Source: Leucoraja erinacea (taxonomy: Eukaryota). Taken from it: 64,000 nt of DNA. Under the pieces are notes generated by a model that saw nothing but the letters and a program-made list of their open reading frames with translations, was not told the DNA's origin and ran no database searches. Location: positions 91,574,001 through 91,638,000 of the forward strand of contig NC_073380.1 in assembly GCF_028641065.1 (NCBI RefSeq). The letters run 5' to 3'. Within the stretch, counting starts at the first letter, position 1, and every line of letters starts with the position of its first letter. Both the position numbers and the translations under genes were made by a program. This document shows positions 49,717 to 62,827 of the stretch, one piece after another.

Positions 49717-50165
49717 ATATAACCATATAATAACCATATAACAATTAGAGCACGGAAACAGGCCATCTCGACCCTTCTAGTCCATGCCGAACACGTATTC
49801 TCCCCTAGTCCCATATACCTGCGCTCAGACCATAACCCTCCATTCCTTTCTCGTCCATATAACTATCCAATTTATTTTTAAATGATAAAAACGAACCTGC
49901 CTTCACCACCTTCACTGGAAGCTCATTCCACACAGCCACCACTCTCTGAGTAAAGAAGTTTCCCCTCATGTTACCCCTAAACTTCTGTCCCTTAATTCTC
50001 AAGTCATGTCCCCTTGTTTGCATCTTCCCTCCTCTCAGTGGGAAAAGCTTATCCATGTCAACTCTGTCTATCCCTCTCATCATTTTAAAGACCTCTATCA
50101 AGTCCCCCCTTAACCTTCTGCGCTCCAAAGAATAAAGCCCTAACTTGTTCAACCTTTCTCTGTAA
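49717..50165 (-). mobile_element. CR1-like LINE 3' end (family A)
   Basis: ORF 49805..50152. Confidence 0.9.
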
Positions 50166-50799
50166 CAAGGTTTGACTTCAATTGTGTTTCTTTGTCAAAG
50201 GTGCTGTTAAAAAAAATGCAGTTTGTTTTAATTGTAACATTCTTCAATTTCCAGTGGTCTAATTTTCAGATATTTATTTAACACTTAAAGAGCTTAACCA
50301 GGCTTGTAATACCTTCGGAATAGAGCGAACTAAAAGGAAAAAATTGGTATTTTTAAATGTTATTTGTGATTATTGAAGTCACTTAGAAGTACTGCGAAAG
50401 TACAGAATTATTATTCTACCCAATTCAGCAAATGATAATTGCCAATTTAGATTATGTTAAAATGTAAATAACATGTAATTGATGAAAAACGTTGCCTGCA
50501 CAAAGTATCGCCAGTGCTGCCTGTGGCTACAACCAAGGTTCATTTGTTTTTAATCTGATGTTGGAAAAATAACACAGTTTTTGTAAAGTCATTAGAGTTA
50601 TGTGAGTCTTAGTGAAGGCTGTATGCTAAAACTTCAAATTTTTTGCAGCATTAAAGGCACGGAGGCATGAAGACATTGGGCTTCCTCCGTACTGTGTGAG
50701 CTGAGCCCAGTGTACTGTCATTCAGGGGCTGCAGTGGAAATCAGGAAGGCAGTGGAATCAAGGCCACGATCTGACTGAATCGCAAAGCTGTTCAGACCT

Positions 50800-51300
50800 T
50801 AGTTTAGTTTTAGTTTTGAGATACAGAGCCGAAACAGGCCCTTTGGCAAATTGAGTCCGGAGCGACCCGTGATACCCGCACACTAACACTATCCTATACA
50901 CTAGGGACAATTTTACACATACACTAAGCCAATTAACCCACATACCCGTACATCTTTGGCGCATGGGAGGAAACCGAAGATCTCGGAGAAAACCTATGCG
51001 GTCACGGGGAGAACGTACAAAGTCCGTACAGATAGCACCCGTAGTCGGGATTGAACCCGGGTCTCCGGCACTGCAAGTGCTGTAAGGCAGCAACTCTACC
51101 AATGCGCCACCATGCTGCCGTTCTGAAACAAGTTATGACTAATGCGCCATGGTGGCACTGCAGTAGAGTTGCTGCTTTACAGCGTGAGAGACCTGTTTCG
51201 ATCCTGACCACGGGTGCTCTCTGTACAGAGTTTGTAGGTTCTCCCCGTGACCTGTGTGGGTTTTCTCCGGGTGCTCTGGTTTCATCCCACACTCCAAACT
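50800..51300. mobile_element. Two V-SINE-like elements head to head (minus 50800-51120, plus about 51145-51300)
   Basis: Divergent tRNA heads about 25 bp apart with the shared body sequence. Confidence 0.8.
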
Positions 51301-51812
51301 TTGAGGACCTTGCCCATCTCCTGCGGCTCCATACATGGAACACCACTTTCACTTCTGAAGTGCCCTATTTTCTCTCTAGATACCCTCTTTCTCTTAAAGT
51401 ATTTATAAAATCGCTTTGGATTATCCTTAATTTTATCTGCCAATGCTGTCTCCTGTCCCCCTTTGGTTCTCCTGATTTCCCTCTTAGTCACCTAAACTCC
51501 TCCAGGGATACACTTGATCTCAGCTGCATATACCTGGCCTATGCCTCATTTTTATTTCCTGATCTAAACTTTAATTTCTATCGTCATCCAGGGTTCCTTT
51601 ATTCCGTTTGCTTTCACTTTAACAGGAACATGCATGCCTTGAACTCTCACCATCACTATTTCAAAGGCATCCCACTTTCTGCCCATCTCTTTGTTTGCAA
51701 ACATCTGACTCCAATCAACTTTAGCCAGTTCCTGTTTAATACCATCAAAGTTGTCATCGAACCAATCAAAAAATGTAATTTGTGGGCCTGGACGGTCCTT
51801 ATCCATAACTAA
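51300..51812 (-). mobile_element. CR1 ORF2 endonuclease-RT linker fragment
   Basis: ORFs IKQELAKVDWSQMF..KWDAF..EPWMT and LADKIKDNPKRFYKYFKRKRVSREKIG. Confidence 0.8.
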
Positions 51813-51994
51813 TTTAAAGAGTTCCGACCCAAAATGTCACCTGTCCATATCCATCCACAGCATCTGCAGGGTCTTGCATCTCACTGGTTTTCTGTATGGT
51901 TAATGTTCTATTATTGGATACTGGTTATGCCGCTATTTAAGAAGGGCTGCAAGGAAAAGCCTGGGTACTATAGACCAATGAACTTAGCATCTGT

Positions 51995-52960
51995 GGAGAA
52001 TTCAATGTTCATACCATTGAGTCATAAGCATCCAAGCGGACTATGAGGTGTTATTCCTCCAGTTTGCACGTGGCCTTACTCTGGCAATCCCAGGAGACCC
52101 AGGACAGAAATGTCAATATGGGAAAGGGAAGAGGAGTTAAAATGGCTGATCCAGTAGGCCTTGGCGGACTGAGCGCAAGTGTTCAGCGAAACAGTCTCCA
52201 AGTCAACGCTTGGTCCCGCCGAGGGTAAAGGAGACCACATCAGGGACACCAGATGCAGTAGATGAGGTTAGAGGAGGTGCACATGCACTTCTGTCTAATC
52301 TTCAAGGGCTACTAGGGTCCCTGGATGGAAGTGAGCGAGGAGATATAGGGACAGGTTGCAAGATGAGTGAACCATGGAATGGTCTGTGCAGAAGGTGGAA
52401 AGGAAAAGAGATGGAGAGTTGTAACTGCTGGTGGGACCATGTTGGAGGAGGTGGAAATATCAGAGAATGATGTGTTAGATACAGTGACTGGTGGGGTGAA
52501 AGGATAGCATCAGTGGAACTCTATCCTTGTTCGGTCAAAGGGGGAGAGGCAGCAAGAGCTAAACTATCTGATACAGTGGAGGCTCGGGTGAGGGATCATT
52601 TATGACAGCATTCTAGAGAAAGAAGACATCTCCGATGTCCTAGAATGAAAAACCTTATCTTGGGAACAGATGCGGTGGAGACTGAGAAATTGCGAGTAGG
52701 GGAGAGCACGTTTGCAAGAGGCAGGGTGGGAGGATGTGTAGTCCAGACATCTGTGGGAGTTCAGTAGATGTCAGACGATAGTCTGTCCCCTGTGATGGAG
52801 ACAGAGAGATTAAGAAAAGGGAGAGAAGTGTTAGAGATAGTACAAGTGAATTTCAAGACATGGTGGAAGTTAGTGGTAAAGTTAATGAAATCAATGAGTT
52901 CTGTAACGAGGGTGCAGCAGGCAGCTCTGATGCAGTTGTCGGTGTAGCGGAGAAAGCGTT
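51995..52960 (-). mobile_element. Degenerate Penelope-like element ORF (RT C-terminus/thumb plus GIY-YIG endonuclease)
   Basis: Manual minus-strand reading: FINFTTNFHHVLKFTCTISNTSLPFL, LPYSQFL..RICSQDKVFHSR, YCIWCP.CGLLY..GTKR.LGDCFAEHLRS, KLEE.HLIVRLG...NGMNIEFS; stops and frameshifts present. Confidence 0.8.
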
Positions 52961-53077
52961 GGGAGATAATACCAGATTGATTAGTAGGATTGGATGCTAC
53001 AATCCCTCATATTCACTACAATTGACATTCTTGGTATGACCACTACGTGAATTTGCTAACAATCAGACACATCTTCA

Positions 53078-53175
53078 AGGTACACAAAAATGCTGGAGAA
53101 ACTCAGCGGGTGCAGCAGCATCTATGGAGTGAAGGAGATAGGTAACGTATCGGGCCGAAACCCTTCTTCAGACCT
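53078..53175 (-). mobile_element. Penelope-like pLTR with hammerhead motif
   Basis: Minus strand AGGT-CTGAAGA-A-GGGTT-TC-GGCCC-GATA-CGTT-ACCT: 4-bp stem I, GAAA box mutated to GATA. Confidence 0.7.
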
Positions 53176-54127
53176 CAGTTGTGTACCTCAACATCACTGG
53201 GTGTTTCGGCCTTTTATCACAAGACACCCTCAGTTGAGGCAGGCTCACCGCAGGTTGATCAGACCTGGGTGTGTGTGTGTCTTATTGTTAGCCTCTAGAT
53301 GGTCACGTGGCTGCCCAGACAGCATCTTTCCTCTTCATCCACAGCCAGTGACTGCTCTGTTTGGCGGCATTGGCAAGTTTGTTTATTGCCCTCCTTTGTG
53401 CCTGCCCTTTGACTCCTCAGTGTATATTTGAAAGAAGAAATATTCAACTTGAATGTCTTTGTAAATGAATTGGACAAAAGTGCACTCTTCCTAATGATCT
53501 TCTGATCTTAGCTCCACCAACATGTCAGCCTCCATCATGACACTGTTATTGGCTGTGCCATCATGATGACCATCTGGTCCGATGCACTAGAATTCCCTAA
53601 TTCATCTCTCCCATCCCCACTTGGTCAAAGACAGGGTACTGTCTCTAGGGTCACCATAGAGCAGGAAGAATGGGACAGCATCAGCAAAGATTTGTAAGGA
53701 TTTTGCTGAAGCTGGAGAGTTATAATGAATGGATACAATTAGCCAGGCTGCGGTTATTGTATTTGGAGCAATGGACATTTAATCAAGATGTATCAATTTA
53801 CATGAGGCTTAAACAAGATGAACAAGAAAATGTTATTTCCATCACCAGGGGAAAGACACTCCATCAAATTGGTGGAAGGGTAACAGGGAAGCCGAGGAAA
53901 GTATTCTTTCACCGAAAGGGATCTGGAACCCACTTGCTGAGAATGACTGTACATAATTCCTTAAGGAGTACATGAATGGGCACTTGAAAGGCCATATCAT
54001 GCATGGTTAGAGGCAGAGAGCTATGATGTGTGGACAGTCCAATCTTGGTTGTCATTGACACAAATGGCAGATTGACCCCAACTCCCTGCCACAACTTGCT
54101 GTTACTCTAAGACTTTTTCTAAGTCTC

Positions 54128-54358
54128 TGTTAAAGAACGAGGCAGACATGAAGTTTGTCTGAAAATACTGTCCTTTATTGCTACACTAATTCTCCTCACT
54201 CACCAACCCCGTGCATGCGCGATTAACCCTTTAAATACTCCCCAGGGGCACCCGTGACCACACCGTGACCCCTATCTCTCGTCACCGGGACCCGTGACCC
54301 CCCCCCCAAGAGCTGAAGGTTCAGTATAGTGTGTGTCCCACCACCTGGTGTTGCCACA
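54128..54358 (-). mobile_element. Probable solo LTR (Gypsy-like)
   Basis: TGT...ACA termini; minus strand has TATTTAAA then AATAAA in LTR order; no matching TSD found. Confidence 0.45.
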
Positions 54359-55002
54359 ACTTAACAATATAATGTCTTCACCATAATAATACATTAACGG
54401 TACAATTTGTTAGAAAGTATTAGTTGCCTTGTTTCAGTGAAACCACCTGTCTGTGGACGTTTGCTGAGACTGCTGCTAAGGCATTTATTTACAGAAGAGA
54501 TATCCTTCTCATGCTATTCACTGCTTTAATGCAAGAGGGTTGGAACATTAATTGGGAAAGTAAGCCTTTTGCCTGGTTGACATACTTTGCTTTGATCTGA
54601 CAATTGTTACGCTGCAGTCTTTGTGGTTGTTTTTGCCACTGGTGATGTTATGCAACCTCTGTATTGCAAACACCAGCGTTGGTGTAGCTTCTGACTTTCT
54701 TTCATGCGTTCAAGAGAATGTTTGTCTTCGCGCAATGACATTTAAGCTGGCCAACTGGCTTCACAACACTGTGAAAATGACAGCAAAATGGCTGCTCATT
54801 GTATCCAGGTGCAGGAAGCATTTTGTCTGACAGGGATCTGCCAGATAACATGGCATGAAAGAGGATTTGACTCCCACTGCTCTCCTACAAGAAACCCTAT
54901 TCAGTGTGTTGTGCAAAGTCTGTCATTTCTATTGCATCTACTCAGGAAGATGGCACAGTTTCAGATGTCAGGCTGATCTGTCCCTGTTCTATTAAACCTA
55001 AT

Positions 55003-55215
55003 GCATAGGAAGGAACTGTAAATGCCGGTTTACACCAAAGATAGACACAAAGTCCTGGAGTAATTCAGCGGGTCAGGCAGCATTTCTGGAGAAAAAGGAT
55101 GGGTGACGTTTTGGGTCGAGGTCCGACGAAGGGTCTCAACCCAAAATGTTACCCATTCTTTTTCTCCAGAGATGCTGCTCGACCCTTTGAGTTACTCTAG
55201 CACTTTTTGTCTATC
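55003..55215. mobile_element. Palindromic Penelope-derived element
   Basis: Two inverted pLTR arms meeting at gggtcgaggtccgacgaagggtctcaaccc. Confidence 0.8.
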
Positions 55216-55233
55216 TATAAAAACCTATTGTTA

Positions 55234-55515
55234 GTTGTGGCTCAACTTATGTACTGTGAGTAGGGGTTGAAAATCCATAGGATTCAACACATATGTCTGT
55301 TGACTCTCCCAGCACAAGGTAAAGTTAATATCTTTCAGGTGGGGTGTTAAATCAAGGGGAAGATTAAAAAAAAATCCCTTGGCTCTATTTTGCAAAGTAA
55401 GGGGAATTCCTCTTTACTATCTTAATCTATAATCCTTACTAATATTATTCCTCGATCAACATTGTGAAAATACAAACTGTCGGGTCACTGTTGCAATCCT
55501 ATTTGATGTATTCTA
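55234..55515 (+). mobile_element. Old Deu-domain SINE-like remnant
   Basis: ttcaggtggggtgttaaatcaagg, ccttggctctatttt, aatattattcctcgatcaacatt resemble SacSINE1/AmnSINE1-type sequence as recalled. Confidence 0.5.
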
Positions 55516-55899
55516 ATGTCATGCTTGCTTTAGTATGGTACAGTGGCACAGTGGGGCAAAGCTGCAGTCTAGCAGCTCCAGGCACACGGGATTGATCCTG
55601 ATCTCAGGTGCTGTCTTTAAGGAGTTTGCAGGTTTTCCACTGTGTAGGTTTGCTCTGGTTTCTACCCATATCCCAAAGTTGTGCTAGTAGATTAATTGGG
55701 TATTGTGAGTTATCCCTAAGTCTAAGTTGAAGGCAAAAGGAGCAAAAGGAGGTTAATAGGTTCAGATTTACATTTATTATTGTTATGTGTATTGAGGGTA
55801 CAGTGAGGCCTAGTTTTACACGCTGTCCAAACAGAGCAGATGTACTTTGCATATGTTCAACCAAGTCAAACTCAAGTACAATTGATAGAGCATGCAATA

Positions 55900-56524
55900 A
55901 ATAGCAAAAGGATTTGAGTATAGGAGCAGGGAGGTTCTACTGCAGTTGTACAGGGTCTTGGTGAGATCACACCTGGAGTATTGTGTACAGTTTTGGTCTC
56001 CAAATCTGAGGAAGGACATTATTGCCATAGAGGGAGTGCAGAGAAGGTTCACCAGACTGATTCCTGGGATGTCAGGACTGTCTTATGAAGAAAGACTGGA
56101 TAGACTTGGTTTATACTCTCTAGAATTTAGGAGATTGAGAGGGGATCTTATAGAAACTTACAAAATTCTTAAGGGGTTGGGCAGCCTAGATGCAGGAAGA
56201 TTGCTCCCGATGTTGGGGAAGTCCAGGACAAGGGGTCACAGCTTAAGGATATGGGGGAAATCCTTTAAAACCGAGTTGAGAAGAACTTTTTTCCCCACAG
56301 AGAGTGGTGAATCTCTGGAACTCTCTGCCGCAGAGGGTAGTCGAGGCCAGTTCATTGGCTATATTTAAGAGGGAGTTAGATGTTGCCCTTGTGGCTAAGG
56401 GGATCAGAGGGTATGGAGAAAAGGCAGGTACAGGATACTGAGTTGGATGATCAGCCATGATCATATTGAATGGCGGTGCAGGCTCAAAGGGCCGAATGGC
56501 CTACTCCTGCACCTAATTTCTATG
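55900..56524 (+). mobile_element. CR1-like LINE 3' end (family B)
   Basis: ORF 55946..56368. Confidence 0.9.
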
Positions 56525-56624
56525 AAACAAATAGAGCAAAGGGGCAGATACCCAGTGCATATTATAGTTCTCAGCATTGCAGTTCATTGCACGCAGGTAC
56601 AGCAGACAGTGAAAAAATAAAATG

Positions 56625-57225
56625 GGATGTTGGCCTTCATAACAAGAGGAGTTGAGTATAGGAAAAAGAAGTCCTTCTGCAGTTGTATAGGGCCCCGAGT
56701 CAGACCACACCTGGAGTATTGTGTGCAGTTTTGGTCCCCCAATTTGAGGAAGGACATTCCTGTTATTGAGGGAGTGCAACATAGGTTTACAAGGTTAATT
56801 CACGGGATGGCGGGACTGTCATATGCTGAGAGAATGGAGCGGCTGTGCTTGTATACTCTGGAATTTAAAAGGATGAGAGGGTATCTGGAATTTAGAGGCA
56901 GGAAACATGTTCCTGATGTTGAGAGGGGCCACAGTTTAAGAATAAGGGGTAAGCCATTTAGAATGGAGACGAGGAAACACTTTTTCACACAGAGAGTTGT
57001 GAGGATGTGGAATTCGCTGCCTCAGAGTGTTGTGGAGGCCGGTTCTCTGGATACTTTCAAGTGAGAGCTAGATAGGGCTCTTAAAGATAGCGGAGTCAGG
57101 GGATGTGGGGAGAAGGCAGGAACGGGGTACCGATTGGGGATGATCAGCCATGATCACATTGAATGGCGCTGCTGGCTCGAAGGGCCAAATGGCCTGATCC
57201 TGCACCTATTGTCTATTGTCTATTG
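56625..57225 (+). mobile_element. CR1-like LINE 3' end (CTATTGT tail)
   Basis: ORF 56627..57064. Confidence 0.88.
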
Positions 57226-58929
57226 ACGTGAAACATCACTCGTCCATATTCTCCAGAGATGCTGGCTGACCTGCTGAGTTACTCCAGCACTTTGCGTCTT
57301 GCTGGAATAATTTTCCCTGAATTAAGGTTTGAATCTCAGTTGTTCCATCAGAAACAATGAAGATGCAAGTAAGAAGTGAACCTTACCCACCCAATGTGTC
57401 TCTCTACTCTATCTCCGGAAAACCCAACCTTACAATTTAACAAGGTTTCTGTCATTCTGGCCACTTCCTTATACCTGAATTTAATCGGCTCATACTGACT
57501 AGAAGTGGGACCATTGTGCCAGCTGCCAAGAGGTCAGAATCCATGACATGAGGAAAAGCATCATCACAGTCATCTACAAGATGAAGAAGAAGAGGGAAGA
57601 GATTAGAAATCGGTGACCCATCTCACTGTTAGATTTCGATCACACAATTCTGTCCAAAGTCATTACGGGTTGAGTTAGGTTTGCTCTGGGGCAAGTAATC
57701 CACCATGATCCACCTCTGACAACCTATGATCACCAATGTGTGGAGTAGAGGACTGGAGCCTTGCATGTACAACTTAGATCAGGATAACACCTTTGATAAA
57801 CATTGCCCATGTACACAATGAACTGTTCTCCAAAACGAGTTTGAAGAAGTCACGTCCATTTCTAATTGGGTACCACTGCTCTGCACATACACTGATGACA
57901 CAATCTGAATTAATGAATGGGAAACTAAAGGCATTCTCATCAAATCTGGTCAAGCAAGGCTTGTTTGTGAGTCTTTTGCCAAATCATCAAGAAGCACAGA
58001 CTAAAGATGGGTGACAAATTCCAAACAGCTGTCACACTAATATCACCATCTCCCTTTACATCACCACCTTCTGCTTGAAACCATAGTTGCTCTGCAAGTT
58101 GCTTAGCATCTTTGATCGATTTTAACTGGCCCCTGGGGCCAGACACATTCACAGCTAAAGCAATGTCATGTTCTTTTGTGATCAGTCAAACTAATCCTCC
58201 ACTCTCTTCGCCATCAGGAACAAGTATCTAGAAGGTGTTCGGATTCTAGTTTGGAGGAGCCAATATATGCAGCAGGAAGTGAGTGGAGTGGAATGCCGAG
58301 AAAAATCAGAAACTAGGAATATGGGACCTTTGCTCCTTCTCATTTGAGGGAAGTAATTTGATTAAATGTAATAAAAAGAAACTGCACTTGATAGTTTATG
58401 CCAAAGATTGACACAAAATGCTAGAGTTTCTCAACAGGTCAGGCAGCATCTCTGAAGAAGATGGATAGGTGGTATTATGGGTCGGGACACTTGTTTAGAC
58501 TTACATCAGCATTTTGTGTCTATCTGAGGTAATTTGTCTACCAATAACCTACTGCTGCAGACCAACATATTCCAATGTGCAGGAGTACATGCTGAGGAGT
58601 ACATACTGGACCTTGGTGTGGTCATTGCAAAGTCCTTCCAACCCCTGAAGCCTGAAGAGAAATACTCTCTATAATAACTTTCCAAATGTATCACTGATGG
58701 AATATTGATGCCCTATGGAGATTAACACGATGCAAGCTAATATAAACATCGACTGCTGCTGGAAGATCATCAAGTGAGTATGCAATGTATAAATTAATAT
58801 CCTGCATTGTATAACTGCAAATGTTATAAATACATTTTTTTTTGTCAAAGCAAGTTTAGTGGCATGAGATTTGAGCTTCCTTGATCGTAAGCTTTGGAAT
58901 TTCCCCCTGTGTTTTTCCATCTCTCTAAA

Positions 58930-59690
58930 AGAGCCTGTCCCACTTAGGCGACTTTTCGGCGGACTGCCTGCGACCTTCAATCTCGAGGCACTCGCCTGAA
59001 AAACTGTGAACTGGAACGGCAACTGTCAGAGCGGAACACACACACACACACGCACACATCGCAAAGGCGGGGGCCAGGGAAAGTGGGGGAGCGCTGTCTG
59101 AAATTCACGCGGTGCAAAGCCAAGGTGATACAAACACACACCACGATGAACAGGAAGGTTAAAGACGGCTAGCAGTGTACGGTAAGTCTTTTAAAAGAGC
59201 GGGGCCGGCGGGGAGAAGGGGGGAGAGAAGGAGTGGAGACACTTTTAAGAAGCCAGACAACTTTTAATAAGCCAGAGATCCACAGCTGTGATGTTCGGTG
59301 GGCATTTAACATCACCGGTCAGTTTTCCTTGGTTCTGAAAACTCGTGTTTACGTTTTTATTCCCCCCCAATGAGCCAATGAAAATTCCCAGTCAGCAAAG
59401 GAGATTAGCTAAAACTACCTACGGCTACCTCAACTACCTACACTACTACTACCACTGCACCTCCGACTACAAAAGTATCGATTTTCTCCATGACGACCAA
59501 TTTTTGCTCGCAGAAAATGTTTCAACATGCTGAGGCCGCGACTAGTTAGTAGAACGCGGGAACTCCTCTCGACCATGAAGGAGACTCACCAGAGACCGCC
59601 AGCGAACAAGTGCCGACCATGCGGCGATCACGAGGCGAGCGCAGAGTCTCCTGCTCTCGCCTAAAACGTCGCCTGAGTGGGACAGGCCCT
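58930..59690. mobile_element. PIF/Harbinger-like MITE (about 760 bp)
   Basis: TIRs AGAGCCTGTCCCACTTAGGCGAC / GTCGCCTGAGTGGGACAGGCCCT (2 mismatches in 23); flanks AAA and TAA, close to a TWA TSD; related copy at 1-299. Confidence 0.8.
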
Positions 59691-60484
59691 TAAGGCACTC
59701 CGTGCCCCTCCAACTGCAATAAAGGTCTCCGTTTTTGACTTAAAGATGCTTTCATGGAACATTTCAATTTTTGGATCCAGGTGCTATACAAATGGAAGTC
59801 ATAGTTATGATGTAAAAGCTCTTGCTTCCATGAAGAATTCCTGGGCTGGTTGGCACACATTAGACGTATTTATTTTGTGGGTAATTACCTATACAACAAA
59901 CAAATCTTCGCTTTATGAGGTGCAAACCAGGATTGAGAGCTGTTGCATTTGAAGTAGGCTCTGCATCCCATCGGAGACAACAGGAATGAAAGAAATGTGC
60001 ACGGCAGGATGAATAGGACTCGTCAGTAGGAGGAGGGCAGTGGGAGTGAAATCCTCTTTCACGTTGCAAAATTTGGCAGGCGTGGGTGGATCCCATTCAG
60101 TCAAAATGCTCACTGCAGCTGGACACAATGATTACCCTTTTTGCCGTCAACTTCATTGCGTTACATAGCCAATTGGCTGGCTTAAATGGCTCTGCGCGAT
60201 TACCAGCATTCGACTGCATTGTGTTGAGAATATCACAGTTTTGCACTGGTGGAGATTTGGGCAGCTCCTTTATTACCCAATGGTATCTTTGCAAGGCCAC
60301 ATCGCAGGAAAGAGATTGAGAAAAGCAGCGATGCCTTATCACAGCTCCAGTGACCCAGGTTTGATCCTGACCTCGGGTGCTGACAGTGCGGAGTTTGCAC
60401 GCTACTCATGTGACTATGTACATTTCCCCTGGGTGCGCTGATTTCATCTCACATTACCAAGACATGCTGGTACATTCATTGGTT

Positions 60485-61233
60485 CAAGATTTAAGATTCA
60501 AGATAGTTTATTGTCATGTGTACCAGCTAGGACAATGACATTTTTGCTTTGCTTCAGCACAACAGAATATAGTAGGCATAAATAAATACAGAACAGATCA
60601 GTGTGACCATATACCGTTGAATATATATATACACACTTAAATAATCAGATAAAGTGCAATAGGCTGTTATAGTTCAGAGCTTTGTTTGAGCTGAGTTTAA
60701 TAGCTTGATGGCTGTGGGGAAGCAGCTATTCCTGAACCTGGATGTTGCAGATTTCAGGCTCCAGTACCTTCTACCTGAAGGCAGCAGAGAGATGAGTGAG
60801 TGACCAGCATGGTGTGGATCCTTGATGATGCTCGCAGCCTTTTTGAGGCAGCGACTGCGATAGATCCCCTCGATGGTAGGGAGGTCAGAGTCGATGATGG
60901 ACTGGGCGGTGTTTACAACTTTTTGCATTCTTTTCCGCTGCTGGACGCTCAAGTTGTCGAACCAGGCCATGATGCAACCGGTCAGCATGCTCTCTACTGT
61001 GCACCTGTAGAAGTTCGAGAGAGTCCTCCTTGACATACCGACTCTCCGTAATCTTCTCAGGAAGTAGAGGCGCTGATGTGCTTTCTTTATAATTGCATCA
61101 GTGTTCTCGGACCAGGAGAGATCTTCAGAGATGTGCACGCCCAGGAATTTGAAGCTCTTGACCCTCTCCACCATCAACCCCATTGATAAAAACATGACTG
61201 TGGGTCCCCATCCTACTCCTTCCAAAGTCCACA
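60485..61233 (-). mobile_element. Rex1/Babar-like LINE 3' portion inserted in a V-SINE
   Basis: ORF 60674..61234 VERVKSFKFLGVHISEDLSW...KKAHQRLYFLRRL...LPSGRRY; (TCTTGA)n tail; 7-bp TSD ATTGGTT at 60478-60484 and 61234-61240. Confidence 0.88.
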
Positions 61234-61679
61234 ATTGGTTGCTGTAAATTAACTCTGTGCAAATGGTTGGTGGGTGAATAGAGAGGTAGAGAATGGGTAT
61301 GTACAGAGGAGTCAGAGGGGAGGATTAACTGAGCCAGCATTGACTAAAGTAGTTGAAAGGTCTACATTTTTTTACATGATGCACATGGCTCTCAACCTAT
61401 GCTGTCTACGGGAAGACGCATGACAAAACAACATTGGCAGTGTGGGTGATTACCCCATATTAGATGTGTTTAGAGTTCAGTAGGTTTCAGGCAAACTTAT
61501 GTATGGCTATGATACTCTTGCCCAAGGATACACCCGAAATGTCACCCATTCCTTCTCTCTAGAGATGCTGCCTGTCCCGCTGAGTCAATCCAGTATTTTG
61601 TGTCTATCTCCAGTGTAAACCAGTTCCTTCCTACACATTTCATCCGCAGTTCCTTGTTTCTTTGTAAAGCAGATAAGTT

Positions 61680-61945
61680 ATCTTCCTTGCCTTCTTCAAA
61701 GCAGTGTCTTGGATCTTTTATATCCAATTGAAAGAGCAGCAAATACCCATGGTTTAATATAGGATCCAAAGACATCACCCAATGACAAAACAGCACTCCC
61801 TCAGAGCTGCAGCCAGACCATCTCACTGGACTGTTCTGCTGATGACCCCCCCCCCCCCCCCCCCCCCCTTTGAATTTTGAGTGGGACTTGAACTCATATC
61901 TTTCCTACTCAGAAGCAAGTATTACCCACTGAGACACAGCTGACA
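61680..61945 (-). mobile_element. Old Deu-domain SINE-like element
   Basis: Plus strand cagcactccctcag..., gagtgggacttgaac (B box reversed) and cactgagacacagctgaca (A box reversed). Confidence 0.65.
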
Positions 61946-62827
61946 TTGCAAATTGTCGATTGCAACGCTGTGCTCTGCTTTTTCACTTTGCCTTCCCTCT
62001 CTCCCTCCCCAGTGACCCACAGCAGCTGCACGGCAACCTGCTCGCAACTGGCATAATCGGAACATATGCCCTCTCACAATCTCTGGAGAGAAAGGCCTGT
62101 CCCAGCCTCCCAACACAATGGAAGGTAATATCTTATCAAAAGCAGCAAGCAAAGGCTTAAACACTTCTATTGTATTAAATATGAATGAGTATTTATTGTT
62201 GAGCGCAGTATGAGTGGATGCACGATGATGTCGATTAGCCACATGATTAAGCAGATGACACGATATGGCTGCTAAGGTAAATAAAGCAAACCTTCTGTCA
62301 CTTCCTCCCTGGGGCCTTGGGAACATTTTGTTTGGTAACTTTGCCTGCAGAAGCAAATTGACTGGAAAGAAAAAGTGACTGCAATATAAACTCAGGGGAT
62401 CTTAAGCTAGGTCCTTGCAAATATCTTTCTCTTCTGACTTAAAACCCTCCATTTTGCCAGGCACTTCAGAGTCCAAACTAGTTGAGGAATCATAGTAATT
62501 GATTCATTGTAATCTGGGATGCTCCGAGCCCTTGTTTTTAACGATGCATAAATTGACTTGTTGGATCTTCTGTCCCGATTCTATTTTTCCCCAAACACAA
62601 GATTTGTATTTCTAGCGCTGAAGCCAAAAAGTGCTGGAATCTGAAACAGAAAAAAACCCAGAAAGCTGGAAGAACTCAGTGGATCAAGTAGGATTTGGTG
62701 GAGGCACAAGGGGCAAGTTGATATTTCAGGTTGAGACCTTATTCTGTTGTGCTGAAGCAAAGCAATAATTTCATTGTCCTATCTGGGACACATGACAATA
62801 AACCCTCTTGAATCTTGAGGGGTATCA

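Noticed and set aside
51051-51812. 253-aa plus-strand ORF
   Set aside because: Chance read-through of two SINEs and the antisense of a CR1 fragment.
54621-54830. Paralogous small proteins (with ORF 60097..60342) sharing FK.ANWL..MK.TAK...HF
   Set aside because: Similarity follows from the DNA homology; N-termini are unrelated, substitutions show no obvious third-position bias, and the opposite-strand frame has a stop.
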